From: Kofleriaceae bacterium
GTDB taxonomy: Bacteria > Myxococcota_A > Polyangia > Haliangiales > Haliangiaceae
Direction of reading: 5' to 3'
Length of the DNA stretch: 64,000 bases
Assembly (NCBI GenBank): GCA_965215005.1
Contig: CBDCCZ010000006.1
Coordinates: forward strand, 1-64,000
Part shown: positions 49,814 to 59,921 of the stretch, piece by piece
Layout: each line of letters opens with the position of its first letter
Numbering within the stretch: the stretch's first letter is position 1
The notes under the pieces: model-generated
Told to the model about the DNA's origin: nothing
What the model saw: only the letters and a program-made list of their open reading frames with translations
Databases searched by the model: none
Made by a program: the position numbers and the translations under genes

Positions 49814-52800
49814 ATGGGAATCGCTGATCTCTTTCGCCCTAAACACCGCCACTCAAACCCTGACATCCGCGCTGAAGCGGTGCGGCAGATGCAGGAGGAT
49901 GAGTCGGAGCTGCTCGCCTCCATTGCCCGTGACGATCGCGATCCCGCGGTTCGCCGGCTCGCGATCGAGAAGATCGACGATGCCGAGCTGCTCGCGGCGC
50001 TTTCAAAGACCGAGAGCGATCGCGGCGTCCGTGCGCGAGCGCGGCAGCGGGCAGCGTCGCTTTGGACCTCGGTTGCCGCGAGTGCGCGCTCCGACGACGA
50101 AGCCGAGCTGGCACTGGCGGGGCTGATTCGCATGGAAGATCAGGCGGCGCTCGCAGACATCGCGAGCCGCGCGCAGCTCGCCTCAGTGCGCGAAACCGCG
50201 TTGGCCAAGCTCTCCGACGACAAAGCGCTGGCAAAACTCGCAAGGGGTGCAACCGATCAGCAGGCGCGGTCGGTGGCGGTAGAGCGCATTCGCGATGCCG
50301 CGGTGCTGCGTGCGCTGGCGATGGACTCCACGCGTAAAGACGCGGCACTGGCGGCGCTCGAGCGCATCGATGATGAGGCAACGCTCGAGCAGCTCGCGGC
50401 CAAAGCCAAGAGCAAGGCGGTGCGTACCCGCGCCAAGAGAATGTTAGCAGCCCGGGTTGAGGCTGAGAAACCGGCTGCACCGCAGGCTTCCGATGAAGAT
50501 AAGCGTCGCCGCGCGGAGCTCGCGCAGCTGGTACGACGAGCCGAATCGCTGGCGCGAGGCCAAGAGTGGATCGCCTCGGCTGGCGAGATGCGCACGATTG
50601 AGAGTGATTGGCAGCGGCTCGCTGCCGCCGCAGACCCGGCAACTGCGAAGCGCTTTGGCAAGGCAACGGCGCGATATTGGCAGCGGCAGGCAGCGTACGA
50701 GCAGACGCAGCAGCGAGATGACGTTGCGCCCGAAGAGCCGCATTCGCCGCAGCCGGAGGAAGCTCAGGAGAGCGCGGAGGAGGAGCCCGCGACACCCGCC
50801 GTTGAGGATGAGCAGGCACGAGCGGAGCGCGAGCGGTTGCAAGCGGAGCGCGAGCAGGCACGGGCGGAGCGCGAGCGGGCGCAAGCCGAGCGCCAGCAGG
50901 CACAAGCGCAGCTGCGAGCCGAGCGAGAACGCGAGGCGGGGAAGAATCTCACTCGCTTGGAGTCGCTGTCTGCCGACATGGAGGCGATGCTCGCCACGCC
51001 GAAGCGGGCGCCGGCCGAGAAGTTGCTGTCGCGATCGCAGCGGGCGCTAGAAGGGCTGGAAGCGCTGCCGGAGAAGTCCAAAGCGGCGGCTATCGAGCGC
51101 TTCGAGTCGGTCCGCAAGCAGCTGGTGATCAAGGTTCGTGAGCTGCAAGATGCCGAGGATTGGGAGCGCTGGGCCAATGTGCCGCGGCAGGAGGCGCTGA
51201 TCAAAGAAGCGGAGGCGCTTCTAAATGATCAAGAAGCCACCGAGCTCGGCAATAAGCTCAAGTCGCTGCAGTCCCGGTGGAAAGACGTCGGTCCGGTTCC
51301 CCGCAACAAGAGCCAAGAGCTGTGGACGCAGTTCAAGGCGCACTGCGACGGGATCTATGAGCGGGTCAAGCTCGAGCGCTCCAAGGTGTCGGAGGAGCAT
51401 CAGGCGAATCTCGACAAGAAGGTCGCGCTTTGTGAACGCGTAGAGGTACTGGCGGAGTCGTCCAATTGGGTCGAGACCGCTGAGGAGATCAAGGAGCTGC
51501 AGCGCCAGTGGAAGGACGTGGGGCCGGTGCCGCGAAGGCAGTCGGAGGCGGTGTGGAAGCGCTTCCGAGCCGCCTGTGACCGGTTCTTCGAACGGCGCAA
51601 GCCGCATCTGGACGCGCAATTTGCCGAGCTGGAGGAGAATCTAGCCAAGAAAGAGGCGCTGTGTGCGCGCGCCGAGGCGCTGGCGGAGTCGACGACGTGG
51701 GAGGAGACCGCGCGCGAGCTGCGTGGCATGCAACGAGAGTGGAAAGAAATCGGCCGCGTGCCGAGGAACAAGATGCGGGGCGTGCAGAAGCGGTTCCGCC
51801 AGGCGTGTGACCGGTTCTTCGAGGAGCGCGAGGCAGAGAAGCAGCGCGAGGTCGAGGACCGTCGCAAAGCGCTGGAGTCGTTGCGCAGTGAGATGGACGC
51901 GTTGTTGGCTTATGCGGACGGCACGGAGGGCGGGGCTACGACCGCAAGCGCTGCACGGCAGGTTGAGCCGGGCCTCGCGCCGCTCGCCAACGAAGCTTCG
52001 GTGGCCGCACCAGAGGCAACACATCCTGACTCTAGTGCGGCAGAAGAGTCGGCCGGAAGGCCAGGAGCAGCGGCGAACGCGGAGCTGGCGAGCGCGTCCA
52101 GTGCTGCCGTCGTGGACGCGCCGGCGCGGCAGGTCGAGCCAGGAATAGCGGCGCCAGGAGACGCGGATGGCACGGCTTCGGCGTCGACCGAGGTGATGAC
52201 GTCGGAGCTCTACGAGTCGGAAACCGACGCGGGCTGGGAGCTGCCGGAGGATTCGCCGACCGAGGCGAGCAGTGTCGAAGCGACCGAGGCGAGCAGTGTC
52301 GAAGCGACCGAGGCGAGCAGCGCCGAAGCGACCGAGGCGAGCAGCGCCGAAGCGACCGAGGCGAGCAGCGCCGAAGCGACCGAGGCGAGCAGTGTCGAAG
52401 CGACCGAGGCGAGCAGCGCCGAAGCGACGCACTCGATCGCTACTGATGAGCCTGCGTCTGGTGCCGAGGAAGTGCCTGCTGTCGCCCAGGACGGCGAGGC
52501 TACGCCTGATGACGCTACGCCTGATGAGGAGAGCGCAGCCGCAGCACCGCCAGCGAGTGTCCCGCCGCAGTCTGCGGACGAGCTGGCCAAGCGAGTTCTC
52601 GAGGTTCGCGGACGCGTTCGTGAGCTCGAGCTCACGCGCAGCCAAATCGGTGCGTTTCAAGAGCATCTCGAGCGTCTCTACCGCTCAGCGGTCGAGCGCG
52701 CTCCCGACAGTTTCCGCGGCACCGAGCTTGACCCCGACGTAAGCAAGAAGCGCAAACAGAAACTCTTGTCCAAGGCCGAGGAGCTGGCTCCAGCCAATCG

Positions 52801-53041
52801 TACGCCGGCCGTGGATCCCAACGCGCCCGCCGACGAGCTAGCCGCGCGGCTGCGTGCTGCGTTGGCCGAAAATGCCCTCGGCTCGTCGTTAGCGGGGGTG
52901 ACGGACGGTCGTTCCATGACCGACGTCATCGCCGACCTACGGGATGCCTGGAATCAGCTCGGTCCGGTCCCCGGCGACGAAGGTGTCGACCTCGAGGAGC
53001 GCTTCGCCGCCGCCTGCGAGCGCGCCGCCGCGATGGGGTGA
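49814..53041 (+). CDS. DUF349-domain coiled-coil protein with HEAT-like N-terminus
   Basis: Repeated LQ..WK.VGPVPR......W.RF..ACD.FF units. Confidence 0.88.
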   Translation: MGIADLFRPKHRHSNPDIRAEAVRQMQEDESELLASIARDDRDPAVRRLAIEKIDDAELLAALSKTESDRGVRARARQRAASLWTSVAASARSDDEAELALAGLIRMEDQAALADIASRAQLASVRETALAKLSDDKALAKLARGATDQQARSVAVERIRDAAVLRALAMDSTRKDAALAALERIDDEATLEQLAAKAKSKAVRTRAKRMLAARVEAEKPAAPQASDEDKRRRAELAQLVRRAESLARGQEWIASAGEMRTIESDWQRLAAAADPATAKRFGKATARYWQRQAAYEQTQQRDDVAPEEPHSPQPEEAQESAEEEPATPAVEDEQARAERERLQAEREQARAERERAQAERQQAQAQLRAEREREAGKNLTRLESLSADMEAMLATPKRAPAEKLLSRSQRALEGLEALPEKSKAAAIERFESVRKQLVIKVRELQDAEDWERWANVPRQEALIKEAEALLNDQEATELGNKLKSLQSRWKDVGPVPRNKSQELWTQFKAHCDGIYERVKLERSKVSEEHQANLDKKVALCERVEVLAESSNWVETAEEIKELQRQWKDVGPVPRRQSEAVWKRFRAACDRFFERRKPHLDAQFAELEENLAKKEALCARAEALAESTTWEETARELRGMQREWKEIGRVPRNKMRGVQKRFRQACDRFFEEREAEKQREVEDRRKALESLRSEMDALLAYADGTEGGATTASAARQVEPGLAPLANEASVAAPEATHPDSSAAEESAGRPGAAANAELASASSAAVVDAPARQVEPGIAAPGDADGTASASTEVMTSELYESETDAGWELPEDSPTEASSVEATEASSVEATEASSAEATEASSAEATEASSAEATEASSVEATEASSAEATHSIATDEPASGAEEVPAVAQDGEATPDDATPDEESAAAAPPASVPPQSADELAKRVLEVRGRVRELELTRSQIGAFQEHLERLYRSAVERAPDSFRGTELDPDVSKKRKQKLLSKAEELAPANRTPAVDPNAPADELAARLRAALAENALGSSLAGVTDGRSMTDVIADLRDAWNQLGPVPGDEGVDLEERFAAACERAAAMG
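52257..52428 (+). repeat. in-frame 24-bp tandem repeat, 7 copies
   Basis: CGACCGAGGCGAGCAGYGYCGAAG x7 encoding TEASS(V/A)EA. Confidence 0.97.
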
Positions 53042-53180
53042 CTGCAAGCGGACCAGCGCCTGCAGCGCCGCGAATCAACTCCAATCGCATCCGCTCCGAT
53101 GGCTTGATCGGTGCCCCCGCCGCTCATCGTCATGATCGATGGCGGGTGGTCGGGGCGCCGCAGCGCGCTACTCTACGTAG

Positions 53181-53483
53181 GTGGCCAGGGCATTGGAGAT
53201 GTTGATGGTTCTCGGAGTCGGCGGCTCGTGCGTGGTATTTGCCGGTGCCTTCCGCTGGGCGCTGCAGGAAACCATGGACAACGCGCTTGGTTACCTGCCT
53301 ACCCTGCCGCGCGCCACCGCCCATCACCCCGCCCGCAGGCGGCAACCAGCCTACCGGCAGATTGCGATAGGCGGTCTTCGCCTCCTCCAGGCCGGCTGCA
53401 TCGCCTTTGGCATCACGGCAATCTTCGTCATGACGCTGTGCATGATGGGGGTTATCGCAGTGATGATCGCAGGAACATCCTGA
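53181..53483 (+). CDS. small hypothetical membrane protein
   Basis: Two hydrophobic segments; fills the gap between convergent genes. Confidence 0.5.
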   Translation: MARALEMLMVLGVGGSCVVFAGAFRWALQETMDNALGYLPTLPRATAHHPARRRQPAYRQIAIGGLRLLQAGCIAFGITAIFVMTLCMMGVIAVMIAGTS

Positions 53484-53549
53484 GCTCTGTCCCGCACGAG
53501 TGACGCGAGCAGCGAAGAACGTCTCTTACTATTGCGCCGGCGCCCTCGC

Positions 53550-54377
53550 CTACCGCTCCTTGCGGTACAGCCGCATCGCGACCGGCACAGCGATGAGCAA
53601 AATGATTGCGGTCGCCGCAAGCACCCGTGCGACGGCAGGCCATGCGGGCTCACCGTGCATCAGCTGGCGGGCGGCATTTGCGAGGTGGGTGATGGGATTG
53701 CGCCCGACCACCGCTTGCAGCCACGTCGGCATCGTCGACAGCTCGACGAAGATGTTACTCGCGAAGGTAACCGGCATCAGGAAGATGAAGCTCGTGGTCA
53801 TCACCGATTCGGGCGTGCGCACGAGCATGCCGACGATGATCCACAGCCACGAGAGCGCGAAGCCGAACAGCAGCACGAGGCCGAGCGCCGCCAGCACTCC
53901 GACCACGCCGCCCGCGGGCCGGAAGCCGAGAATCAAGCCCATGACGATGATGATGCCGCCGGCGATCGAGTAGCGAAACGTGTCGCCAGCGAGCGCACCC
54001 AGAAGCGGCGAAGGTTGCCAAATCGGCAACGAGCGAAACCGGTCGAAGAGCCCCTTCTTGATATCGGAGTTGAGGCCGAAGCCGGTGTAGACGGTGATGA
54101 AGACGATCGTCTGCACGACGATGCCGGGCAGGAGATACTGGATGTACTCGCGCGGCGTGCCCGCGAGCGCACCGCCAAAGACGTACGTGAAGAGCAGCGT
54201 GAACATGATCGGAGTAACGATCACGTCGAAGAGCTGGAAGGGCACGTGCTTGATCTTCAGCATCGCGCGCCACGCGTGCGTCACCACGGCCGAGAACGGG
54301 GACGCGTGGCTCGGACGCAATCGCGTAGCGAGCAGCTGATGCGCCCGGTCACCAGTCGGAAGAGCGTCATCACTCAT
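53550..54377 (-). CDS. DrrB-type ABC exporter permease
   Basis: [31 protein letters not shown] motifs. Confidence 0.92.
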   Translation of the reverse strand: MSDDALPTGDRAHQLLATRLRPSHASPFSAVVTHAWRAMLKIKHVPFQLFDVIVTPIMFTLLFTYVFGGALAGTPREYIQYLLPGIVVQTIVFITVYTGFGLNSDIKKGLFDRFRSLPIWQPSPLLGALAGDTFRYSIAGGIIIVMGLILGFRPAGGVVGVLAALGLVLLFGFALSWLWIIVGMLVRTPESVMTTSFIFLMPVTFASNIFVELSTMPTWLQAVVGRNPITHLANAARQLMHGEPAWPAVARVLAATAIILLIAVPVAMRLYRKER

Positions 54378-55342
54378 GGGCGAGCCTCCGCGTCCGCACT
54401 GTCGGCCTCCGCCGGCTTGCCGGTGAGAGCCAAAAACACCTCGTCGAGGCTCGGCTCGCCCACCGAAAACTGCGCCAGCTCCACCCGGCTCTCGGTCAGC
54501 GCCGCGAGCACCGTCACCGCCTGCTCGGGACCGGCGAGCTTTGCCGTAATCTCGCCCGGCTCGGTGGCCGGCAGGACACCCTCACCCAGCACGCGGGTGA
54601 TCAACTCGAGCGCGCGCGGGCGCTGATCGAGCCGCGCGAGGCGGACGTGCAGGGCGTTGGCGCCTACCGATGTCTTCAGCTCGCGACTCGTGCCCTCGGC
54701 TATCACTTGTCCGCGATCGATCACCGCAAGCCGCTCCGCCAGACGATCCGCTTCGTCGAGATACTGCGTGGTGAGCAGCACCGTCGTGCCCTCGGCGGCG
54801 ATCCTCCGCACGAGCTCCCACACCTGCAACCGGCTGCGCGGATCAAGCCCTGTCGTCGGCTCGTCGAGAAACAAGATCTCCGGGATCACCACGAGGCTGG
54901 CGGCGATGTCGAGCCGCCGGCGCATCCCGCCGGAATACGTCTGCACCTGTCGCCCAGCCGCCTCGACGAGACCGAACGCCCCGAGCAACTCGTCCGCCCG
55001 CTGCCGCGCCATCCGCCACGACAGTCCGTGCAGCCGCCCGATGAGCACGATGTTCTCGCGGCCGGTGAGGTCTTCATCGACCGATGCGTACTGCCCAGTG
55101 AGGCTCACCTTGCGCCGCACAGCGGGCGCCTCGCGCTCCACGTCGTGACCGAGCACTGTTGCCGTGCCGCCGTCGGGTCGGAGCAACGTAGCCAGGATGC
55201 GGATTGTCGTGGTCTTGCCGGCACCGTTGGGACCGAGAAGACCATACACGCTGCCCGGCCGCACGCGGAGATCGACGCTTCTAAGCGCCTCCGTCGCACC
55301 GAAGCGCTTGCTCAACCCATTGATCTCGATCGCATAGCTCAT
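54374..55342 (-). CDS. DrrA-type ABC exporter ATP-binding protein
   Basis: [44 protein letters not shown]. Confidence 0.93.
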   Translation of the reverse strand: MSYAIEINGLSKRFGATEALRSVDLRVRPGSVYGLLGPNGAGKTTTIRILATLLRPDGGTATVLGHDVEREAPAVRRKVSLTGQYASVDEDLTGRENIVLIGRLHGLSWRMARQRADELLGAFGLVEAAGRQVQTYSGGMRRRLDIAASLVVIPEILFLDEPTTGLDPRSRLQVWELVRRIAAEGTTVLLTTQYLDEADRLAERLAVIDRGQVIAEGTSRELKTSVGANALHVRLARLDQRPRALELITRVLGEGVLPATEPGEITAKLAGPEQAVTVLAALTESRVELAQFSVGEPSLDEVFLALTGKPAEADSADAEARP

Positions 55343-55600
55343 ACTGACGCGGCGCAGAATCCCGCAAAACAAACGCGAGCGCTAGCCTGCGACCACAGCA
55401 GTCTCGACCGGCTTCGCGCCCTTAGAGCCAGAATCTCATCCGCAAGTGCGCCGGCGCTAGATCGCCGCGAGCGTCGGCACCCAGCGCAAGAACAGTCGAT
55501 GGTTAGCAGCGCCGAGGCGGCGCCAAGCGCGGTCGGTCGGCTCGACTGAGTTGAACTGAGCCCACGTATCGCGACCAATCAGTCGGCAGCTCACGCGTAC

Positions 55601-55746
55601 CTAAGGCGCCGCGCGCAAACAACCGACCGTTCGCACTCCGTTTCATCCCGGCTGGCGACGTTACTCATCGGTTGCGTAGCCCACTACGCGCCCTTCGCGC
55701 CTCAGAGCCGCGCTTCGCAGCGATTGTCGTCCGCGAGGCGCTTTAG
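55601..55746. repeat. MITE/REP-like palindromic element
   Basis: Imperfect terminal inverted repeats CTAAGGCGCCGCGCGCAAACAACCG / CGATTGTCGTCCGCGAGGCGCTTTAG and internal hairpin GCGTAG-CCCA-CTACGC. Confidence 0.5.
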
Positions 55747-55932
55747 TACGCCGCCGCGGGACTCATGACGCAGAATTCCGCCGCCCCGATGCGGGGCAAG
55801 GGCGGCAGATTTCTGCTATTCACGCGCCCCCTTCGGCGTCTCCCAAGCGATTGTTGCTTTGCTAGCAGTTTACGACTTACGCCGTAAGCCACTAGTACCC
55901 GGCCACAGGGAATATGATCGATTCAGGCACCT

Positions 55933-56193
55933 TCACCGCAGGGTGGGGAGATGCTCGGGGCGGACCAGTAGCTCAATGCTTCGAGCCGTGCGCGGCGTTC
56001 GGCGGATCAACCCCTTGCGCTCGAGCTCTCTCACCATTCTGTGCACGGTAGGCGGCGTCACGTCGAAGAAGCGCTGCATGTCAGCTTCGGCTGGTGGCCG
56101 TCGGTTGAGCTTGGTGTAGGAGTGAATAAAGGCCAGGTATTGGCCCTGTAACGGGGTGAAGTTGGCGCAATTCGTCTGCGATGGGATCGACAC
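55933..56193 (-). CDS. LexA N-terminal-like winged-HTH passenger protein (IS copy 1)
   Basis: FTPLQGQYLAFI......RPPAEAD......PPTVHRMV.ELERKGLIRR.P..ARSI. Confidence 0.85.
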   Translation of the reverse strand: MSIPSQTNCANFTPLQGQYLAFIHSYTKLNRRPPAEADMQRFFDVTPPTVHRMVRELERKGLIRRTPRTARSIELLVRPEHLPTLR

Positions 56194-56240
56194 GATCGTC
56201 GGATGATGATCCCGTCGGCGTTCTCTGGAAAGGGGACGCG

Positions 56241-57383
56241 ATGAACGTCAAATATGTGGTGGAGCTGAGCGAAGCGGAACGCGAGGAGTTACGGGCGCTT
56301 GTTCGCGGCGGGACGAAGTTGGCTCGCACCGTGAAGCGCGCCCAGGTTCTTCTTGCGGCTGACGAGGGTACGGCGGATGCATCGATCGCTGCCACGGTTC
56401 CGGGTCGGCACATCAACGGTGTATCGAACCAAGCGGCGATTCGTGGAGGATGGGCTCCAGCGAGCCCTCAACGATGCCCCCCGACCGGGAGCCGGGCGTA
56501 AGCTGACAGGCAAGGAAGAAGCATTGCTGGTGGCGCTGGCGTGCTCAGATCCGCCCGCCGGCCGCGCCAGGTGGACCATGGAGCTCATAGCTGGTGCGTT
56601 CGTCGAGATGACCGAGCACGATGAACTTTCGGGTGAGACCGTGCGCCGCCGCCTAAAGGAGAAAAAGATCAAGCCTTGGCAGCACAAGATGTGGTGCATC
56701 CCGAACGTGAACCGGCGTACGTAGCGCGGATGGAGGACGTGCTCGAATTGTATGCAGAGCCTGCTTCCGAGGAAGCGCCGGTCGTGTGCTTCGACGAATC
56801 ACCGGTGCAGCTCATAGGAGAGACGCGCCGACCGATTCCTGCATCGGCCGGCAGACCCGCACGTATCGACTACGAGTATCGCCGCAACGGCACCGCCAAC
56901 CTCTTTGTGTTCCTGGACGCGCATCGCCCGTGGAGGCACGTGAAAGTGACCGATCACCGCAAATGCGACGATTTCGCCGAGTGCATGCGGGATCTGGTCG
57001 ACTCCCATTACCCAAACGCCAAAAAAATCCGAGTCGTGATGGACAATCTGTCGACGCACAGTGAAGCCGCGCTCTATCAAAGCTTCGCTCCCGCTGAAGC
57101 CCGACGCATCCTTCGCAAGATTGACTTCCACTTCGTGCCCAAGCACGCGAGCTGGCTCAACATGGTGGAGATCGAGATCGGTGTGCTCAAGAAGCAGTGC
57201 TTGAGCCGCCGCATAGAGGATCAGCAGACACTCCGCTCAGAGATCGCAGCGTGGCAGACCACGCGCAACGAGACGGGCCGACGCATCCGGTGGATGTTCA
57301 CAATCGAAAAGGCGCGCCAGAAGATGGGCCGAGCCTACCCGGAGCCCGCATCCGCCGCGTCCCCCGGTGAGGCCGCGGCCTGA
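56241..57383 (+). pseudogene. IS630 transposase with two frameshifts
   Basis: Extra T at 56398-56399 relative to copy 2; second frame change near 56710 between WCIPNVN and PAYVARMED. Confidence 0.85.
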
Positions 57384-57451
57384 ATGAGTCAAAACCACTG
57401 TGGCCGGGTACTAGTACCCGGCCACAGGGAAGATGATCGATTCAGGCACCT

Positions 57452-57712
57452 TCACCGAAGGGTGGGGAGATGCTCGGGGCGGACCAGTAGCTCAATGCTG
57501 CGAGCCGTGCGCGGCGTTCGGCGGATCAACCCCTTGCGCTCGAGCTCTCTCACCATTCTGTGCACGGTAGGCGGCGTCACGTCGAAGAAGCGCTGCATGT
57601 CAGCTTCGGCTGGTGGCCGTCGGTTGAGCTTGGTGTAGGAGTGAATAAAGGCCAGGTATTGGCCCTGTAACGGGGTGAAGTTGGCGCAATTCGTCTGCGA
57701 TGGGATCGACAC
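57452..57712 (-). CDS. LexA N-terminal-like winged-HTH passenger protein (IS copy 2)
   Basis: Protein identical to 55933-56193. Confidence 0.85.
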   Translation of the reverse strand: MSIPSQTNCANFTPLQGQYLAFIHSYTKLNRRPPAEADMQRFFDVTPPTVHRMVRELERKGLIRRTPRTARSIELLVRPEHLPTLR

Positions 57713-57759
57713 GATCGTCGGATGATGATCCCGTCGGCGTTCTCTGGAAAGGGGACGCG

Positions 57760-58311
57760 ATGAACGTCAAATATGTGGTGGAGCTGAGCGAAGCGGAACG
57801 CGAGGAGTTACGGGCGCTTGTTCGCGGCGGGACGAAGTTGGCTCGCACCGTGAAGCGCGCCCAGGTTCTTCTTGCGGCTGACGAGGGTACGGCGGATGCA
57901 TCGATCGCTGCCACGGTCCGGGTCGGCACATCAACGGTGTATCGAACCAAGCGGCGATTCGTGGAGGATGGGCTCCAGCGAGCCCTCAACGATGCCCCCC
58001 GACCGGGAGCCGGGCGTAAGCTGACAGGCAAGGAAGAAGCATTGCTGGTGGCGCTGGCGTGCTCAGATCCGCCCGCCGGCCGCGCCAGGTGGACCATGGA
58101 GCTCATAGCTGGTGCGTTCGTCGAGATGACCGAGCACGATGAACTTTCGGGTGAGACCGTGCGCCGCCGCCTAAAGGAGAAAAAGATCAAGCCTTGGCAG
58201 CACAAGATGTGGTGCATCCCGAACGTGAACCGGCGTACGTAGCGCGGATGGAGGACGTGCTCGAATTGTATGCAGAGCCTGCTTCCGAGGAAGCGCCGGT
58301 CGTGTGCTTCG
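57760..58311 (+). pseudogene. truncated IS630 transposase (HTH part intact, DDE domain lost)
   Basis: Open to 58242, same frame change as copy 1, cut at VVCF. Confidence 0.85.
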
Positions 58312-58335
58312 CATAACGACCAGAGTCCCAGTTGC

Positions 58336-59921
58336 CTACTGTGTGCGCGGGTCGAGGATCTTGCGCCACGTATCGTGCATCGCGTTGGAGACGGCTGGCG
58401 ACTCCAGAATGGACTGCACCTCCTCCAGAACTCGAGCGGGTGCAGGCGTGAAAACCTGGTTCACGCGGCGGCACCAGCGCTGAAGGTGAAGTTCTGCGCG
58501 CTCCCTGCACTGCTGCTTCACCACTCGTGCGAGCTCGGAGGATGTAGGGGAGCTGCGTCCAGTGATCCGTGGTGGCAAGAACAGCGAGGGCGTGTTTCTT
58601 CCCGTGTTGATGCGGTGTCTCAAGATAAGCTTTCCACACCGCCTCAGGGAGGGGGTATGGACCACGCGCGGCGACTCGTCCCGCAGCGCGGTAAGGCATG
58701 CGGAAACGGTGTCCTCGTGCTCCATCTGAGCAAGCGCCATCAACGCCGACCGGCGAACGACAGGTGGCCCTTCCGCGCATGCGTCGAGTATGGCCTGGCC
58801 AACGGCAGGCCCTCCCGTCTCACTGAGGCCAAGGAGCGCTGCGGCTTTGCGCTTGCCAGCAAGATCCGTCAGCGCGGCGGCATAGACCGTGTCTGGATCG
58901 GCTCCGGCCTTGAGTGCTGCTTCCTGGGCAGGCTCCCGGACATTGGCGTGAGGATCGAACAGCAATGTCCGCCATTCGATGTCGGCATAGTCGGCAACCA
59001 TGCGATGGACGGTTTTCGCTCGAATTGATCCCATTGGATGCTGGAGGAGCGCCTCGCGAAATCGACTGAACAGCTCGTTCGAGGAGTTCAGCACATGCCT
59101 GCTGCCCACAGTCCCGTGGATGCGTCGGTATCAGCAAGGGCAGCGGCCAACACGGATTCCTGGTGCCGACCGCCGCGCACGCCCAGCCGCCGCACTGCCG
59201 CTCTACGCACATCGAGGCGCTCAGAGCGACACGCAGCGAGTAAAAATGTTTCACCCGCCGGTCCATCGAGAAGCCGGTGTATGGCCGCGACCACCGCTTC
59301 GTCGTGCATGCGGCCCCAACCGCGCATTCTCTCCAAGAGGGGAAGCGCATCTATCAGGTCAGGAATGTGGCGTTCCGAGAGCCGGGCACGTAGCGCTTCC
59401 CCGGCCGCTTGGCGTACTGACTGCACCCAGTCGTTGAGGCGAAGTAAGAGGAACTGCAGTTCCCTACCATCTGCACAGATCGAGGACCGGCGAATCGCCT
59501 CCTCGCGAACATAGCCGTCGGGGTGGCTCATCGCGCACTGAACGACAGCTGCTCCGTTCTCAAGGTACGATAGGCGCGCCACGACCTTTGGCCCCATGTC
59601 GCGCCATAGGAAACATTCGTGGCCGCATGCGGAGCCCTTACGAAACATCAAGTCAAGCTCGATCAGATCTCGAACGGTGACGCTCCCGAGCAGCTCGGCC
59701 ACCGCAAGCGCGGCCGCTTCCGCAATGCGGATGCGCTCATCGAGGCAGAGCGCGATGAAACGCGGAATAGCGAGTGGTTCCCCACTTCGGCCCACGTCGC
59801 GCAGTATCGAATTAATCTGCTCGTCAATAGACGAGCGCCCCCACGGCCAGCGCTTCCGCGAAGCGAGCTGCCATGCAACGACGATGTTGCGATCCATGAC
59901 TCCGGAGAGAGCGCGCATCAT
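58336..59921 (-). pseudogene. HEAT-repeat protein split by a frameshift near 59100
   Basis: SHPDGYVREEAI, LLLRLNDWV.SVR.AA; overlapping ORFs 59088-59921 and 58336-59109 continue the same repeat pattern. Confidence 0.7.

Larger units (their letters stand above)
55895..57411 (+). mobile_element. IS630-family element, copy 1 (full length, 1517 bp)
   Basis: Perfect 14-bp terminal inverted repeats GTACCCGGCCACAG / CTGTGGCCGGGTAC, each flanked by TA; DDE motifs CFDE, MDNL.TH, SWLNMVEIE. Confidence 0.95.
57414..58311 (+). mobile_element. IS630-family element, copy 2 (3'-truncated)
   Basis: Near-identical to 55895 onward; identity ends after GTGTGCTTCG at 58311; no right terminal repeat. Confidence 0.93.

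Noticed and set aside
52257..52428. CRISPR array
   Set aside because: Repeats are contiguous with no spacers, are in frame within a CDS, and no cas genes are present
55866..55894. Xer dif site
   Set aside because: Only GTAAACT matches a XerD-type arm; the 11-6-11 layout is not met
58311..58340. Integron attC site after the HEAT gene
   Set aside because: The GCAAC...GTTATGC interval is too short, lacks L boxes, and no integron integrase is seen
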